Source of the DNA: Vitrella brassicaformis CCMP3155
Taxonomy: Eukaryota > Protista > Chromerida
DNA length: 64,000 nt
Assembly: GCA_001179505.1 (NCBI GenBank)
Contig: CDMY01000472.1
Coordinates: forward strand, 5,742 to 69,741
Direction of reading: 5' to 3'
Shown here: one piece after another, positions 1-12,579 of the stretch
Layout: every line of letters begins with the position of its first letter
Numbering within the stretch: position 1 is the stretch's first letter
The notes under the pieces: generated by a model
What the model was told of the DNA's origin: nothing
Databases searched by the model: none
The model's input: the letters and a program-made list of their open reading frames with translations, nothing else
Translations under genes and position numbers: made by a program

Positions 1-130
1 ACCGAACACCCTCCACATGTAACTTGACCATGTCTGTCTGTCTGTCTGTCTGTCTGTCTGCACACACATGCAACTGATCGCCCCCCCCCCTCTCTCTCTC
101 TCTGTGTGTGTGTGTGTGCGCGTGCCACAG

Positions 131-376
131 TTGATTCGCAGGCTGGCTCAAGGTGACCCCTTCGAGGCTGCCGTGGCGGGTCTGCGGGAGCCGACAGTGG
201 CGGGCGGGCTGCCGGAGGGGTGCAATGCCGACCTGCAGGACTGCTTCCGCGGCGATTACGGTGGGCTGAATGATTCGCGTGGGTCGCCATCCGACACGCG
301 GCTGCTGCTGGGAAGGGAGTCGATCACTCGGCAAGAGACGGAGGAGACACCGCTGCTGGGATGGGGAGTCGTGTGA
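131..376 (+). CDS. Probable 3'-terminal exon of a gene that begins upstream of the window; product unknown
   Basis: A microsatellite-rich intron-like tract ends at ...GTGCCACAG (130). It is followed by a GC-rich open frame LIRRLAQGDPFEAAVAG...LLGWGVV ending in TGA at 374-376. Confidence 0.4.
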   Translation: MIRRLAQGDPFEAAVAGLREPTVAGGLPEGCNADLQDCFRGDYGGLNDSRGSPSDTRLLLGRESITRQETEETPLLGWGVV

Positions 377-1677
377 GTGATCGGCTGGTGAACTGGGTGG
401 GTGGGGGGGGGTGGCCTTTATGGGTGTGTGTCTGCGGACAGCCAGCCGGCTTGTCAGCAGGCCAGCCAGCCACCCAGCCAGTCAGTCAGTAGGGCATTCA
501 TTCATTTAAGTCAGTGCGGTGGGTGTGAGATAAACAGACAGACATCGCTGGCGCGAGCAGTAGAGACATACACACATGACCGTGGGCCGTGCCATGTGTC
601 GAATATTCGACTTATGTGCGTACATTCTTTGGCACGTCACCCGCTCTCATCGGTCATCAGTCAGTCTTCTGCATGAGCAGAACGGCTGGCTGTTTGTGCT
701 TAAGTAAAAGGCCGTTCGTCAACTGCACAAAGCCAAGCTCGACTTCGAGACTCAGCCAACATGCTGTGGCAGCAATTGTGTTGGCCGTGTGCTTCTTCTC
801 ATCGGGTACATACCAATAGCAGTGGGTGCATGCCCAAGTATGTATGCGCACTGACGTATGTATCGAATGGATGTCTTGCTGTGCAGGTGTCCTGTGCTGC
901 CTGGCCCCAGCTGATGGAGTCTAAGTGCAGGAAGGATGTGCGGGACTAGGAAATGATGGATGAACGGCCGAATACGTGTGGAGCGTCCCAAAGAGCCATT
1001 CGTAGAGGAATTGATGTGAATTGATTGACACGTACGAGTATGGTTGGTGTCAGTATGTCAGTATGTCAGTACGTAAAGCTGAGAGCACATCAGCGTAGTG
1101 ACCTTCTCACTCGGTTTTGACAGCACGGCTCGTCATGGAAAAGAGGGCGTGCGACAGACAGACACACAGACAGACAGACAGACAGACGGGCAGAGAGACA
1201 TCATCACGTCGTGCAATGTCCTGTTGCTGCCACTCAGACTAACCAGAGGCACACAGCACTGCTGGCAAGCACAAAAAACCAACAAACTAGTCGTGCTGAC
1301 AGACAAAGCGATTCCCTCCCCAACCGCCCCCTAATCGCAGAGAGACAAGAACGCAGAAGACAGAGAGAGAGAGGGGCTTGTCTTGACGTAGCCGACACAC
1401 CCATAACGTACGTACGCACACCAAGCGCCTACAAGCGGCTCTTCGATTAAGTAGCCCATGCATGGTTTGCACACATCTACATGCAATCACACGTCCACGC
1501 ATACGCCACACGAATTAATATTGAACGTCAGAGCAGCCGAGTCATGTTTGTGTCACTGACAACCGTGACTCGAGAGGAAAAAAGTCATGATGACCCCCGA
1601 GCGAGATCCAACGTTGATCACATGGACGGATGGGTGAGATCGACACACGAGGTAGAACACAAGCAGCCGCCCCAGCA

Positions 1678-2967
1678 TCATGCTCCATCGGCATTCAAAA
1701 ACAAGCCGGCGCGATGCCGCCGGATCAACGCCTCGATCAGGTGGTCAAGGCCTCCTCCAAAGTCGTAGCTGTTGGTCGCCACGAAGAGACCAAGCCCGAT
1801 CTCCGGAGCGAGCAAGACGTACGTGACCCACAACCAGTCGGTTCCGTCATGCTCGAGCACCCGACCTTTGGCCCATGTGCTCGAGCTCACACCCCAGCCC
1901 ATAGAGTAGTCGGGCGACCCAGGTGGCGGCGAGTGCAGCTCGTCAAAGCTGTCGGCGCTCACGATACCGTCCTTTGCACCGGTGGCATTTGCGAGGTGTT
2001 CGACCATAAACTTTGCGTAGTCGGCCACGGAGCAGTGCACCGACCCCGCTGGCCCGATAGCTGGCGGGATATTACTAACCACGTCAGCGAGCGCAGGCGG
2101 AATGGCCGTCCAGTGACCCGGGACTCCCCAGTGACCCCACGGCTGGTCTCGACCCGAGCCGTCCGGCGCTCCGAAGCCACACGAGGCCATCCCCAGCGCC
2201 TCAAAAATCTCCACTCGAACGAACTCTTCCCACGACACTCTCGTCACTTCCTCCATCATCACTCCCGCAACCACGTAGCCGGCATTGCTGTAATTATGCT
2301 CTCCCCGTGGACCCACAGGCGGCTCGGCGAGCAGCTCGGCCGCGTAGTCCCGTCGCTGCTCGATGATCGGAGTCGAATCAGTGAAGAGGGACGCCCAGGA
2401 GAAATGCTCAGTGAAGAGTTTTGTTGGGAGTCCGCCGGTGTGGTAGAGCAGCTCTCGCAGCGGGACGTCGACGTACTCGTCGCGCATCGAGGGCACCAGG
2501 TCGGGAAGGATCTCACCGATGGTCGCCTCCCACGACAGCAGTCCTCGGTCGACCAGCACAGCGGCAAGGGTCGCTGTGATAGCCTTGCTGACGGAGTTGA
2601 GGAGCCACAGATCGTCGGTCTGCACTTGCTCCTCATACCCAATCGCACGCACGCCAGTTGCCGCCATCTCCACCACTTGTCCATTGTGCACCGAGACTGC
2701 GGCCAGTGCGGGGAGTTGCCGGCCGGTGCGAATCGCCTCCAGGACCGATTGCAGACCTCCGTCCCCCGCCACGCCGACATCGATATCTTGCGGCAGTCTT
2801 GACGCCGGGTCTGCGGCGAGTGCGGGTAGTTGCAGGCTGGTGCGGATCGCCTCCAGGACCGATTGCAGACCTGCCACGCCGATATCTTCCGGGAGTCCTG
2901 ACGCCAGGTCTGCGCTGGCACACAATAGGGCGGCGAAAACGAACGGGAGGGTGAATCGTTTCGCCAT
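1678..2967 (-). CDS. Secreted serine hydrolase of the beta-lactamase/class C/PBP-like family, intronless, about 429 aa
   Basis: ATG at 2967 gives a signal-peptide-like MAKRFTLPFVFAALLCASA. The catalytic SxxK motif (NSVSKAIT), the YxN motif (HNYSNAGY), the family segment LLYHTGGLP and the third motif (LEHDGT) appear in the right order in one uninterrupted ORF. Confidence 0.9.
   Translation of the reverse strand: MAKRFTLPFVFAALLCASADLASGLPEDIGVAGLQSVLEAIRTSLQLPALAADPASRLPQDIDVGVAGDGGLQSVLEAIRTGRQLPALAAVSVHNGQVVEMAATGVRAIGYEEQVQTDDLWLLNSVSKAITATLAAVLVDRGLLSWEATIGEILPDLVPSMRDEYVDVPLRELLYHTGGLPTKLFTEHFSWASLFTDSTPIIEQRRDYAAELLAEPPVGPRGEHNYSNAGYVVAGVMMEEVTRVSWEEFVRVEIFEALGMASCGFGAPDGSGRDQPWGHWGVPGHWTAIPPALADVVSNIPPAIGPAGSVHCSVADYAKFMVEHLANATGAKDGIVSADSFDELHSPPPGSPDYSMGWGVSSSTWAKGRVLEHDGTDWLWVTYVLLAPEIGLGLFVATNSYDFGGGLDHLIEALIRRHRAGLFLNADGA
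2696..2900. repeat. Imperfect internal duplication with 114-bp (38-codon) period within the beta-lactamase-like gene
   Basis: ATCGCCTCCAGGACCGATTGCAGACC occurs at 2732 and 2846. Both copies encode GLQSVLEAIRT..QLPALAA. Confidence 0.9.
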
Positions 2968-4155
2968 GGGTGGCAGATACAGATGGAATAGAGCAGGGGC
3001 CCAGATATCCCTAGGCCTGCGCGGAGAGCACTGCAGCAAATACAGGTACGCAGTGCCCTGCCTGCCCCCCGCTCACGTACCTGCTCAAGTCAGCTTCTGC
3101 AAGGGCATCTACTGGGCGGTGATCAGCGAGTAAAGGGATGAATGCAGAATCACGTCCTCCAGTAGCGGGAGTCGTTAGCGTACGTGCATTTGAATGTGCA
3201 CCGCGCCAACCGGGCAGCCAGGGCAGACACAGGAGCTGACTCAGACAGATGTATCAAAGAGCCCCCGGACGGGAAGAAACCGGGCTTTCGATGGCAAAGC
3301 TCCGCAGGTTGCTTTTCAGCTCGCAGATTCCTTTCAGCTCGCAAGATTTCGAAGTTCGATTTCGCGAGGATGCAGCACATCTTCGCGGCCGGGTCAGCGG
3401 CTGCCCACTGCCGCCTCATCAGCGTCAGTAACCACCGTGAGGGCCCATTTGCACCGTCAGCCCCACGCGTCAGGTTCGGCCTGCCTGCGCCCCAATCAGG
3501 ACCGTTCCACCCCCACCTCCCCATCAGAGGGCCGCCATACGGCCATTTCACCGGTTTGCCGTGGCATCACGTCGGCCCCAACTCGCATCCTGAGGGCAGC
3601 AGGGCCAGCAGTAATGGGCAGCAGGACCATGTGACCACTCCCAAGCTCACGGACATGTCGGCCATGCATGGCAGCATCGTTCGTAACGGCAGCAGGATCA
3701 TCCGCACACCGACACTTGTGCCGCTGGGGGATTGTGAGAGAGAGGGCCTGGCGCGGGGACGGCTGGGCATCGTAAAGGGCAGCCACGCGCACACAAACAG
3801 AGCCAACAGGTCAGCCAGTCAGTGGATGGATGAAGACGCAGCATCAGGGAATGTACGGTACTGTGTGGGTCATAATGCAGATTTGCAGTGCGTCATCGCC
3901 AATGGTGCCCCCCCACTTCAGGCATCTGGACCCTGCTCCAGCTCCAGGGTCTCGCATGCCTAGCCTGTGTCCCGAGAAGAAGGCCCCTGACAATACTATC
4001 AAGACCACCACACAGACGGTGAGACAGACAGACAGAGAGGCAGGTACGCACCCATGGCTGTGGCTGTGTGCGTGGGTGGGGCTTCTCGCTGACAGGTTGA
4101 CCAGCGTGTCAGCACTGAGATCGCATCCTGCCTCGTCCACCCTGTCGTCGAAAGC

Positions 4156-6506
4156 ATGAGCCGTCTCGCCAGCCGCGCGACGCAATCGCAGCATCCCCCC
4201 ACCGCCCAACCGCCCATCGATCCCACCACCACTATCACCACCACCACTGCCAAGGATAAGGTCATCTTCCTCGACTTGGACGACTCACTCATCCCCAGCC
4301 ACTATGTGGAGTCGCTAGGCGTCCATCGGCTTCTCTGTGAGTACGTGGACAATGGCGGGGCCAGCGGCGGCCGGGCCACGTTCGGTGGGGGGCAGGGAGA
4401 GAGGGGGAGGGTGGATGAGATCATCAGGGTGTTCGAGGAGACTGGTAGGGAGGCGGCGAAGGTTGTCCAGACCTGCAAGGAGGCAGGCTGGGACCCCATC
4501 CTCATCATTAACGGCAGCCAACGATGGTCAGCTAACTGGTCCACCTTCCTCCCTGTTCATGTCTCATTCTGTCCTGCCTCTGTGTGTGTATGTGTGCAGG
4601 CTGGACGCCACTCTGCAGCCCGGGGCATTCGAGCGGCTAAGCCGCGCTCTCGCGGATAATAACGTGCCGGTGGTCAGCGCCCGCCAACGGGCGAGGGACA
4701 GGCTCATCCGCCCCCATATGGACGCCCCCACCCAGACAAAACACGACAAGGAGGGCCACTAGGAGGTTTCGAAGGTAAACAAACGGGCCGGCACCGTAGT
4801 GAGCGTCAGTCGACAAATGCTTGGATGGATGGATGGATGGATGTCTGCAGACGATCGCTCTACTGGAGGAGGTGGGCAAGAGGCCCGGCATCACCCACGT
4901 GGCCACTGTGGGGGACAATGTGTGGGATCTCATGCCCGTGGATGAGATCAAGAGGTGACAACATAACCAGAAGGAAGAGACAAACACAACTGTCTCTGCA
5001 TGTCTCTCTGTCGCCTTTTTTGCAGACGGCGCCCTGAGGTTTCGGCATGCAAGATACGCATGGCGCACCGACTAGGACCGACACCTTTCATCAACGTGAG
5101 CACCCCCTAACCCCACACCCCCATTCACCCGCTCACCACCATTGTTCTCATTGACTCCTCCGTGCCGTGCAGCAATTGCGCTGCCTCAACGAAGCCCTTT
5201 CCGCCATCTTATCAGCCACAGAGGAGGGACGCACACCCACAGACCACAATTATGTCCTGGTGCGCAGCTCATCCCTCTCTCACAGAGAGAGAGAGCAAAA
5301 GAACGGGTTTTTCTTTCTGTTGGCTTGGGTACGTCTCGCTCTGCAGAGGCCGGTGGGTCCTGGCTCGGGTGAGTTCGAGGCCCACCGAGAGGGTGATGGG
5401 GTCGCACCAGGCCATCAGGAATATGTTGCTCGCCTCCGAGAGCACCGACCAAACAGACTGGACTACAGGGTGAGTACTTGTAGGCCACTCACAACCAAAA
5501 GGGCCTTCACCTGTCTGTCTTTCTGTGTGTGTGTGTGTGTGTGTGCAGTGTCTCGACGAGTACATGGACCTCAACGCGCCGCCAGACCATCACCCCCTCC
5601 CCCCCACCGACACCCACAAGCCGCCCACATGCGGGAGGCTCGTCAAGAGAGCCCTCGCCACCCACACCCACTTGAAGGATGTCAAGAGGCGGGTCGGCAT
5701 GGCCCACGAGGACGACCAAGAATGGCGTCGCAGGGAGGCCGCCATCGACAAGGCCATCGATACCCTCATCGGCCAAGAAGGGCCTGAGAGCCTCAGCGAC
5801 CAGGGCCAGCGCGGAGGCACAAAGCTTGTGGGATTGGCTGGGGCGGGGAGTGGGGGTGCCGGTGGGGGCGGGTCGGCTCACCGCAGAGTCGGCATGTCCC
5901 GTGAAGACGCCGACAGACCCGCCGAGACCACCAAGGTGGCGACGGGCAGTGCCGTGCGCCCCCCTGGCTCTGTGGGGGTGCCTGTGTGCCACCCGATGGT
6001 GCACATGGGCATGCAGCAGCAGCAACACGCCCCACCCACAGCCACAGCCACAGCAAGGCTCGTGCCGCACAGAGGGACACTGGCCGCCGTGGGAAACAAC
6101 ACCAACTGGGTGAGGAAGAAAGACATACATTCCTTCATTGATATGAATGTGTGTGTCTGTCTGTGTCTTTGTGTCTCCTCTGTCGCTCCCTCAGGTGACG
6201 CCTTACGTAGTGATGCGGCCCCCAGCCGGCCTGCCTGTCTGGCCGCCCTTGGCGTGCCGCACACGGGAGCCGTGAGGGGCTGCCCGGGTGGGTGGGTGTG
6301 GGTTGATGTCGAGACGCGACACATACCAGGGGCGCCCGACAGGGTGCGTGTCTGTCGGTGGACGCTCAATGTATGCGACTGCTTAGCATTATCCTTTGTT
6401 GTGACCAAATTGGGCTGATTTGGTTGATGCATCTCTCTCCTTAGCTGCGATGTCTGTGGTCGTCAATGAGCCCTTTGAGTTGGCTTTCAAGAGCGCCGAA
6501 GGCTAG
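4156..6506 (+). CDS. Multi-exon HAD-superfamily-like hydrolase with a low-complexity C-terminal half
   Basis: HAD motif I-like VIFLDLDDSLIP, motif II-like ILIINGS and motif IV-like ATVGDN lie on GT-AG-bounded exons (about 4156-4525, 4600-4700, 4846-4953, 5027-5096, 5172-5250, 5346-5469, 5548-6109). The probable last exon ends in TAG at 6506; the 3' structure is uncertain. Confidence 0.6.
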
Positions 6507-6569
6507 TAGAGCTCGCACGATCTGATTCAGGCCACACAGTCGCGGGATCCCTTTGTGGCACCCTGACTG

Positions 6570-7080
6570 AAGTCACTTTCGTCTGTCTGCTGTCTGTCTG
6601 CCTTGTCGCATGAGAGACACACATTCCCCCCAGACGCACACACGCGGCCGCCACAGACAGACAGACAGACACTCAGAAGTAGAGACAACACACATACGTA
6701 GATAGAGCAGATCAAAAGAGCTCGAGCAAAAGACGCACACACACACATACACAGGAGTGTCTCACACACCCGCAGCCTTCCTTCTACTAATTGTATGAGC
6801 AACATACCAGCTCCCTCCCTAAGGGACACACGAAGACTCGCACACCGCACACAGGGGGAGACAGACGGCCAGCAGCGACAGCAGCAGCAGCAGCAGGTGC
6901 AATAGTATATGTGGAATTACGGTGCGCACGAAAATGTTTACATGAATCGCCGCCAGCAATGATGATGAGATGATATGATGATGATATGGAGCGATGAGCA
7001 TTATGGATACTCACACACGCGGACACGACGGACAGACAGACAGACAGGCAGACAGACAAACAGAGAGGCTGGCGAAGAGC

Positions 7081-7112
<32 letters not shown>

Positions 7113-8277
7113 GCCCGAGGGAAGAAACGAAGGCAGGCACACAGAGTGGCAGGAGAGTGAATGGGGATATACTCTACATCATAGCAGCAGGAAGTGAGGT
7201 AGACAACAGGGAGGAAGGGAGGGGAGGAGGGAAGGAGAGGAAGGTGCACCACATTGACAAAACACTGGAGGGCACGACACAGACACGCAAACATACACAC
7301 AGGCCGACATACATAAACAGACAGCCATGCACACCTACACACACCCATCCATCAGACACCCACACGTGACGTGTCTGCCTGTGTGTCGGGAAGGCAGTCG
7401 TATCTTACTCATCCATCCATCCCTCCATCCCTCCAGACGCCCCCCGCCCCCATTTCAGTCAGACGTCTGATTAGTTCAAACAACACACACTTGAAAAAAC
7501 CACTTTTGCTTCACATCAATTCTCGTGTTTCCTGCCTGCCTGCCTGCCTGCCATCCCCCATGGGTGATTTGTCCGGCCGTGTGGGGCATACACAGCAGCT
7601 GCACCACAGAATGGGAGCTGTGGTCTCCTTTGGCACAGCTCGTCTGTGTGGCAGCTGCTGCATAGGCGCCGCACACGGACCGACAGATCGATGGATGGAG
7701 GGCCAGCCGTGCGAACAAAGTGATCTGATTATTGCTCCCTCCCTCCCTCCCTCCCTCTCTCCAGCCCCACCCTACCCTGCCCCTTCCTCTGTCTGTCTGT
7801 GTTTGGCGCGTTGGTGTGTCCCATCTCATGCCGTGCCGTCTGCTTTGTTCTGCTCTGCAGCAATCGACCAGTCAGTCCACTGCCCATGATCCCGTCTGAA
7901 ACCACGTGTGCATCGTGGCCACAGACGAGGTCGAGAGAGAGGGACTGATCGGTCAGTGCAGAGTCTGCAGAACCTTCCTGACACTCATGTGTGCGACAGA
8001 GGTGGGTGGGGTGGGGGACAGGTAAGTGCGGTACACAACAGACCAGTGAGTGAGCAGTCATTGAAACGAGGAGACAGAAAGAAAGCGGGAGGAAGGAATA
8101 AGAGGGAAAAACCCCGTGTGTGTGTGTGTGGATGGATTGGATGAGGGTGCGGTGCACATGTTGGGGTGGGGTGGGGTGGGGGAGATAAGATGGATGACGA
8201 GAAAATGTCGGTCGGTCGGTCTGTGGCGCGTCAAAAAAGAAAAACACACACACACACACACATCATTCACTCGACCA

Positions 8278-8318
<41 letters not shown>

Positions 8319-8700
8319 GTGGCGGCGTGGATGGATGGATGGATGGGGTGTGCATCCACCAGACAGCACCAGACCACACCCATAAAAGAGATTCAGTCAG
8401 CAGCAGTGACAGCAAGTGACGGAGTGAGTCGGCGGCCCGCCTGCCCTTTGGAAGAAGAAGAAAAATGGTGCATCCTCACACACACACGCACACACACATT
8501 CGATATGTCGTCCTCTGTGTGTCGTGTGTCAGTCATCACGCAGCAAACTTTCCCCCCTGTCTGTGTGTGTGTGTGTGTGTGTGTCCCTCCTCTCATCAGA
8601 ACAGAGAGAGGCGCCAGCAGCACATTCTTACACAAGACAGAAAGATGAGAAAGATCAAGAAGCACCGACCACGACTGGCTGCCACCTCCCTCCCTGGCAG
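6570..8700. repeat. Intergenic region dense in simple repeats: (CA)n, (GACA)n, (GGAT)n, (GA)n, (GCA)n
   Basis: Directly visible microsatellite tracts. The ORFs here are repeat-derived low-complexity translations. Confidence 0.85.
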
Positions 8701-8763
8701 ACAGGCCAGGTGCGCAAAAACACCACACACACACAGACCCACACACAACACAGACCACGTCCG

Positions 8764-10569
8764 TCACGGCGTCACCCCGTCCACCACGTCATTCAGAGCC
8801 TCCACGCCATTGCCATTGCCATTGCTGTAGTCGGCCTTGTCAGCCTCATTGGGGGAGGGCGTTGGGGTGGGGGTGAGGTTGACGGCGAAGACCTCCATGG
8901 CGAAGTGGGGCGGCGCGTGGCGATCGCTCTTATCCTTCACACACAACACACACACGCGCACGTGTGTGTGACGTGTGTGACGTTGACCTTGGGCGACTGA
9001 CTGACCTTGCTCAGCTTGTCCAGCTGGTGCTTCTCGATGCGCGCACACAGGTCGTAGGCCGGCATGGCGTCGGGCTGCAGCAGCGGCACTCTCGAGGGGC
9101 TCCTGCTGCCCATGCCCCTGAGGCTGTGCTTGGTGACGGGGCTCGCCACATCAGACCAGCTGCCGCCGTCACCACCTCCCCCACTGCCACCACAGTCATT
9201 TTCATAGGCCTCCGCCTCGTTGTCCGCCACCGCCCCCGCCCCCGCTGTGTCGCCGCCATTCTCGCTGTCATTCTCAGTGCGGTCGATGCCGTCATGGCCA
9301 GCATGGGGACCACCACCACCTCTGCTTTTGTTCTTGTTCTTGGAGGTGAAATCGCACATTTCCACCTCAATGGGGTTGCCACTGGTGCTGTTGGTGGGAT
9401 GGTTGGCATGTGCAGGGGAGGGCGCGGGGGCCTGTGTGTCGGTGGGGCTGCCCGCCGCTGGCAGAGACAATGATTGGTGGCTCACACGACGCCTGACACA
9501 GACAGACAGACACACAGACATGGGGCAAGGCTGTGTGTCGAGTCGAGGGGGCGGAGGGGAGCGCTCGACTCGACTGACATGAAGTGTGTGCAGATCCACG
9601 CGGCGAGCTTGAAGTGGGTCGACCGGGTGTCCTTGACTCGGATCACAAAGTCGTTGTCCACACACACAGCGCTCTCGAAGATCTGATTGATGACCACCAC
9701 CACCACACAACATCACACCAATCCCCCATGTGTTCAAGCTTCCTGACATGACAGACACCATCGCCATTGCTTACGAGCTCGACGTAGCAGGCATTCCACT
9801 CGCCGGTTTTGCGGGTCCTCAGCCTCCCCGGCGCGTCGCTGCTCTGCATCACCACCGAGCCGTCACGCTTCTCAATCACCAGCCACAGCACCAGCCGATC
9901 AATGAGCGACCGATACGACAAAGACCAAGGCCCTAACCTGACCACACACACACACACACACTCCCTGTGTGTCTGCTGGCAGGGGGAGGGGTGATGGTGG
10001 TGGCTACCTGATGCGTGTCAGCTTGATGAGAGGGCTGTGTGTGTCGGTGAGGGGGTTGCCCAGGATGGGCATCGGCAGCGTCGGGGCGGGGGTGATCAGC
10101 GCGGCGAAATGATGCACAAACCGACGCTGCGACGGGATCGTCACCCCCTGCAGGAGGATGAAGACAATACACAACACACACACACACATACACACACACC
10201 AGATACGATACACCCATCTCCGTCTCTGTCTCGCTGCTTTCTCTTTCTCCTGACCCACCCGTCCATCGATGGTGCGTGCCTTGGCGTAGAGCCGAAGGGC
10301 CGCATCGGGGTTGGCGCACGCCTGATTGGGTGATTGGTTGGTTGACGGAAGAACCCAACACACACCACACAGCACACAGAACACACAGCACACACAGCAC
10401 ACACAGCACACACCACACAGCACACAAGAGCACAGAGCAACACGACCATTTTCATTGTTTCCGCACCCTCACACGCCCGCCAACCCACCCTTGTGTAAAG
10501 CAGCAGAGCAGAGACCATGACGCCCGTGCGGCCCTTCCCGGCCTGACAGAGGCAGGGAGGGAGGGAGGG

Positions 10570-10600
<31 letters not shown>

Positions 10601-11358
10601 TGGTTGCTCACTTTGCAGTGCACGGCGAGGACGTTTTCTTTGCTCTCCTTCAGCCACTCGACGGAATCCTCACAGAAGGACAGCATCATCCTACACACAC
10701 ACATCAGGCACACACACACACACACACACATCAGGCAGGCAGACAGACATGCACACACACTCTCTCTCTCTTTCTCTCTCTGTCTCTGTGTGTTGTGTGT
10801 TACTTGATGGGTGGGGGGGTGTGGTCCTTGAAGGGGTAGCACACCAGCCGCCCGTCGAACGTCTTGCAAGGGTACTGACGCTCAGACTCGCTGCACAAGT
10901 TAACCACCTACACACACACACACACGCACACACACGCACACAGAGGCTCGCCTTCCGCCATTCATCAAAACGTCCCCTCCCTTCTCCTCCTCTGAGGTAC
11001 CTCAGCTTACCCGGTAGCTGTCGCCGTGCTGGTGGTCGAGGTACTTCCGCACCTGCCGTCGGGGATTGCGGAAGAGCGCCTCAATCCCTATAGCCGGGAA
11101 ACCCATCGCTATCACACGACTCGTTATGTAACTGACGAACACACACACACAACTGGATGGATGGATGGATGGATGGATGGAGGCGCACACACGAACCTAC
11201 CTCAGGTCGAGGTCGTAGTCCGTCCACACCAGCCGCCTTTTGCGCTTGGACACAAGCACCCGGAGCGAGCGGCTCACTTTGAAAGGCACCGCGAAGGCAG
11301 AACGCACCACGGGCTCACCACTTCTGCAAACACACACACACACACACACACAGACAGA

Positions 11359-11390
<32 letters not shown>

Positions 11391-12579
11391 TGCACTTGGC
11401 CTTCGTTGCGGTGCGCGTGAAGGCCTGCCGTACTGTTTGGTCCGCTTGACGCAGTTGTCAGGCTGCTCCGTGTGACGGCCTCCAGGCGATGGCAGAGAAG
11501 CCATCCTGACCCGGAACCTCCGCTTCTTGGGGGGCGGCGCTCCCAACCTCCTCCCCGACGCACCACCGGGATGGTTCTCGCTGTCCGGCTTGCTCACAGG
11601 GCCTTCCCTGGCTGACAGTGCCGGGGAGCTGCCCACACACATCCACAGCCATCCACACACACACACACACACACAGATGTCCTCTCCTCAGTGTCATCCT
11701 TTCCCCCCAGCCACCGACCTGTTTGGCTGCGCCTGCTGCTGCAGATCGAGTGCATCGCCGCTCATGGACATGGGCGTGTAGGTGTAGCTATGCCGCCGCC
11801 GAGCAGACTGCGCCTGCCCCCCTCCCCCTCTCTCTCCTCTGCTGTGCTGCTGCGAGGCCTTCTTGTTTGTGCAGGAGGGGGGCGTTTCGCAGGCTGGCGG
11901 GTCCGAGTGGTGGGACGGCAGCGCTTCCAGCTCGATGACCACCGGCCCACCACCACCACCACCACCACCAGCTGCACTTCTTGCACACGGCGAGGACACA
12001 GACAAGTGGTGGTGGAGATGCTGGTGGTGATTGGGTGGCTGTGGCTGTCGGGTGCAGGGCGGGCTGCAGGGGGTGGTGGCGAAGGGGGCGGGGTGGTCGT
12101 CCTCCATGTCGAGAAGCATCGTCTCGGACACTGGGTCGATGCCGTCCTCATCGCTCAGAGGCTAAACGTGCCACAAAAAGACACACACACACACAGACAG
12201 ATAGACAAACAGACAGCTGTGTTGCGGTGTGTGCTCTGTCATCGTCTTTGCACATACGGACCTCCTGCGCTCCTCGCCGGTCATCGCCCGCAGCGTCAAG
12301 AGCAGCCTCACCGCTCCCGTCGACAACATCAAGATCATCCTCGTCGAGCGGCAGGAAGCCAAGCAAATCGTGCCGCTCGCTCTCCACAGCCAGAAGCACG
12401 GCAGGAGGCCTGTGTGAGTGGGAGTGGGAGTGACGACGGCCGCCCCTTGTCGCTGCTGCTGCTGCTGATCTGCCTGAGTGGTCCGCGTGGCTGCCTCGTT
12501 GAGTCGGGCGGCTGCTGCTGCTGCTGGCGGCGTGAGGTGCTGTGGCGGCTCTGCCGCACCACCGTCCGCACAGAAACAT
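8764..12579 (-). CDS. PTEN: PTEN-family phosphoinositide 3-phosphatase (phosphatase plus C2-like domain) with long low-complexity N- and C-terminal extensions
   Basis: Spliced exons give RVLVSKRKRRLVWTDYDLDL, ITSRVIAMGFPAIGIEALFRNP, YNLCSE, YPFKDHTPPP, the catalytic VHCK|AGKGRTG (intron 10543-10611) and the TI loop GVTIPSQRR. The last exon DKSDRHAPPHFAMEV...GVTP ends in TGA at 8764. The start codon is tentative. Confidence 0.9.

Noticed and set aside
1630-2802. 390-aa plus-strand ORF
   Set aside because: It is the antisense shadow of the GC-rich beta-lactamase-family gene and has no motifs.
3184-3963. 259-aa plus-strand ORF and the short TTTCAGCTCGCA direct repeat at about 3311-3342
   Set aside because: There is no recognisable domain and the composition is not coding-like. 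The 12-bp repeat may be promoter sequence but cannot be supported.
6570-8700. Numerous ORFs rich in VCVC, THTH, SLSL and DRQT
   Set aside because: They are translations of microsatellites in introns and intergenic DNA.
12229-12417. Plus-strand coding-looking segment (VDNIKIILVE)
   Set aside because: It is better explained as the antisense of the PTEN first exon (LDEDDLDVV), which has a valid GT donor and an in-frame acceptor on the minus strand.
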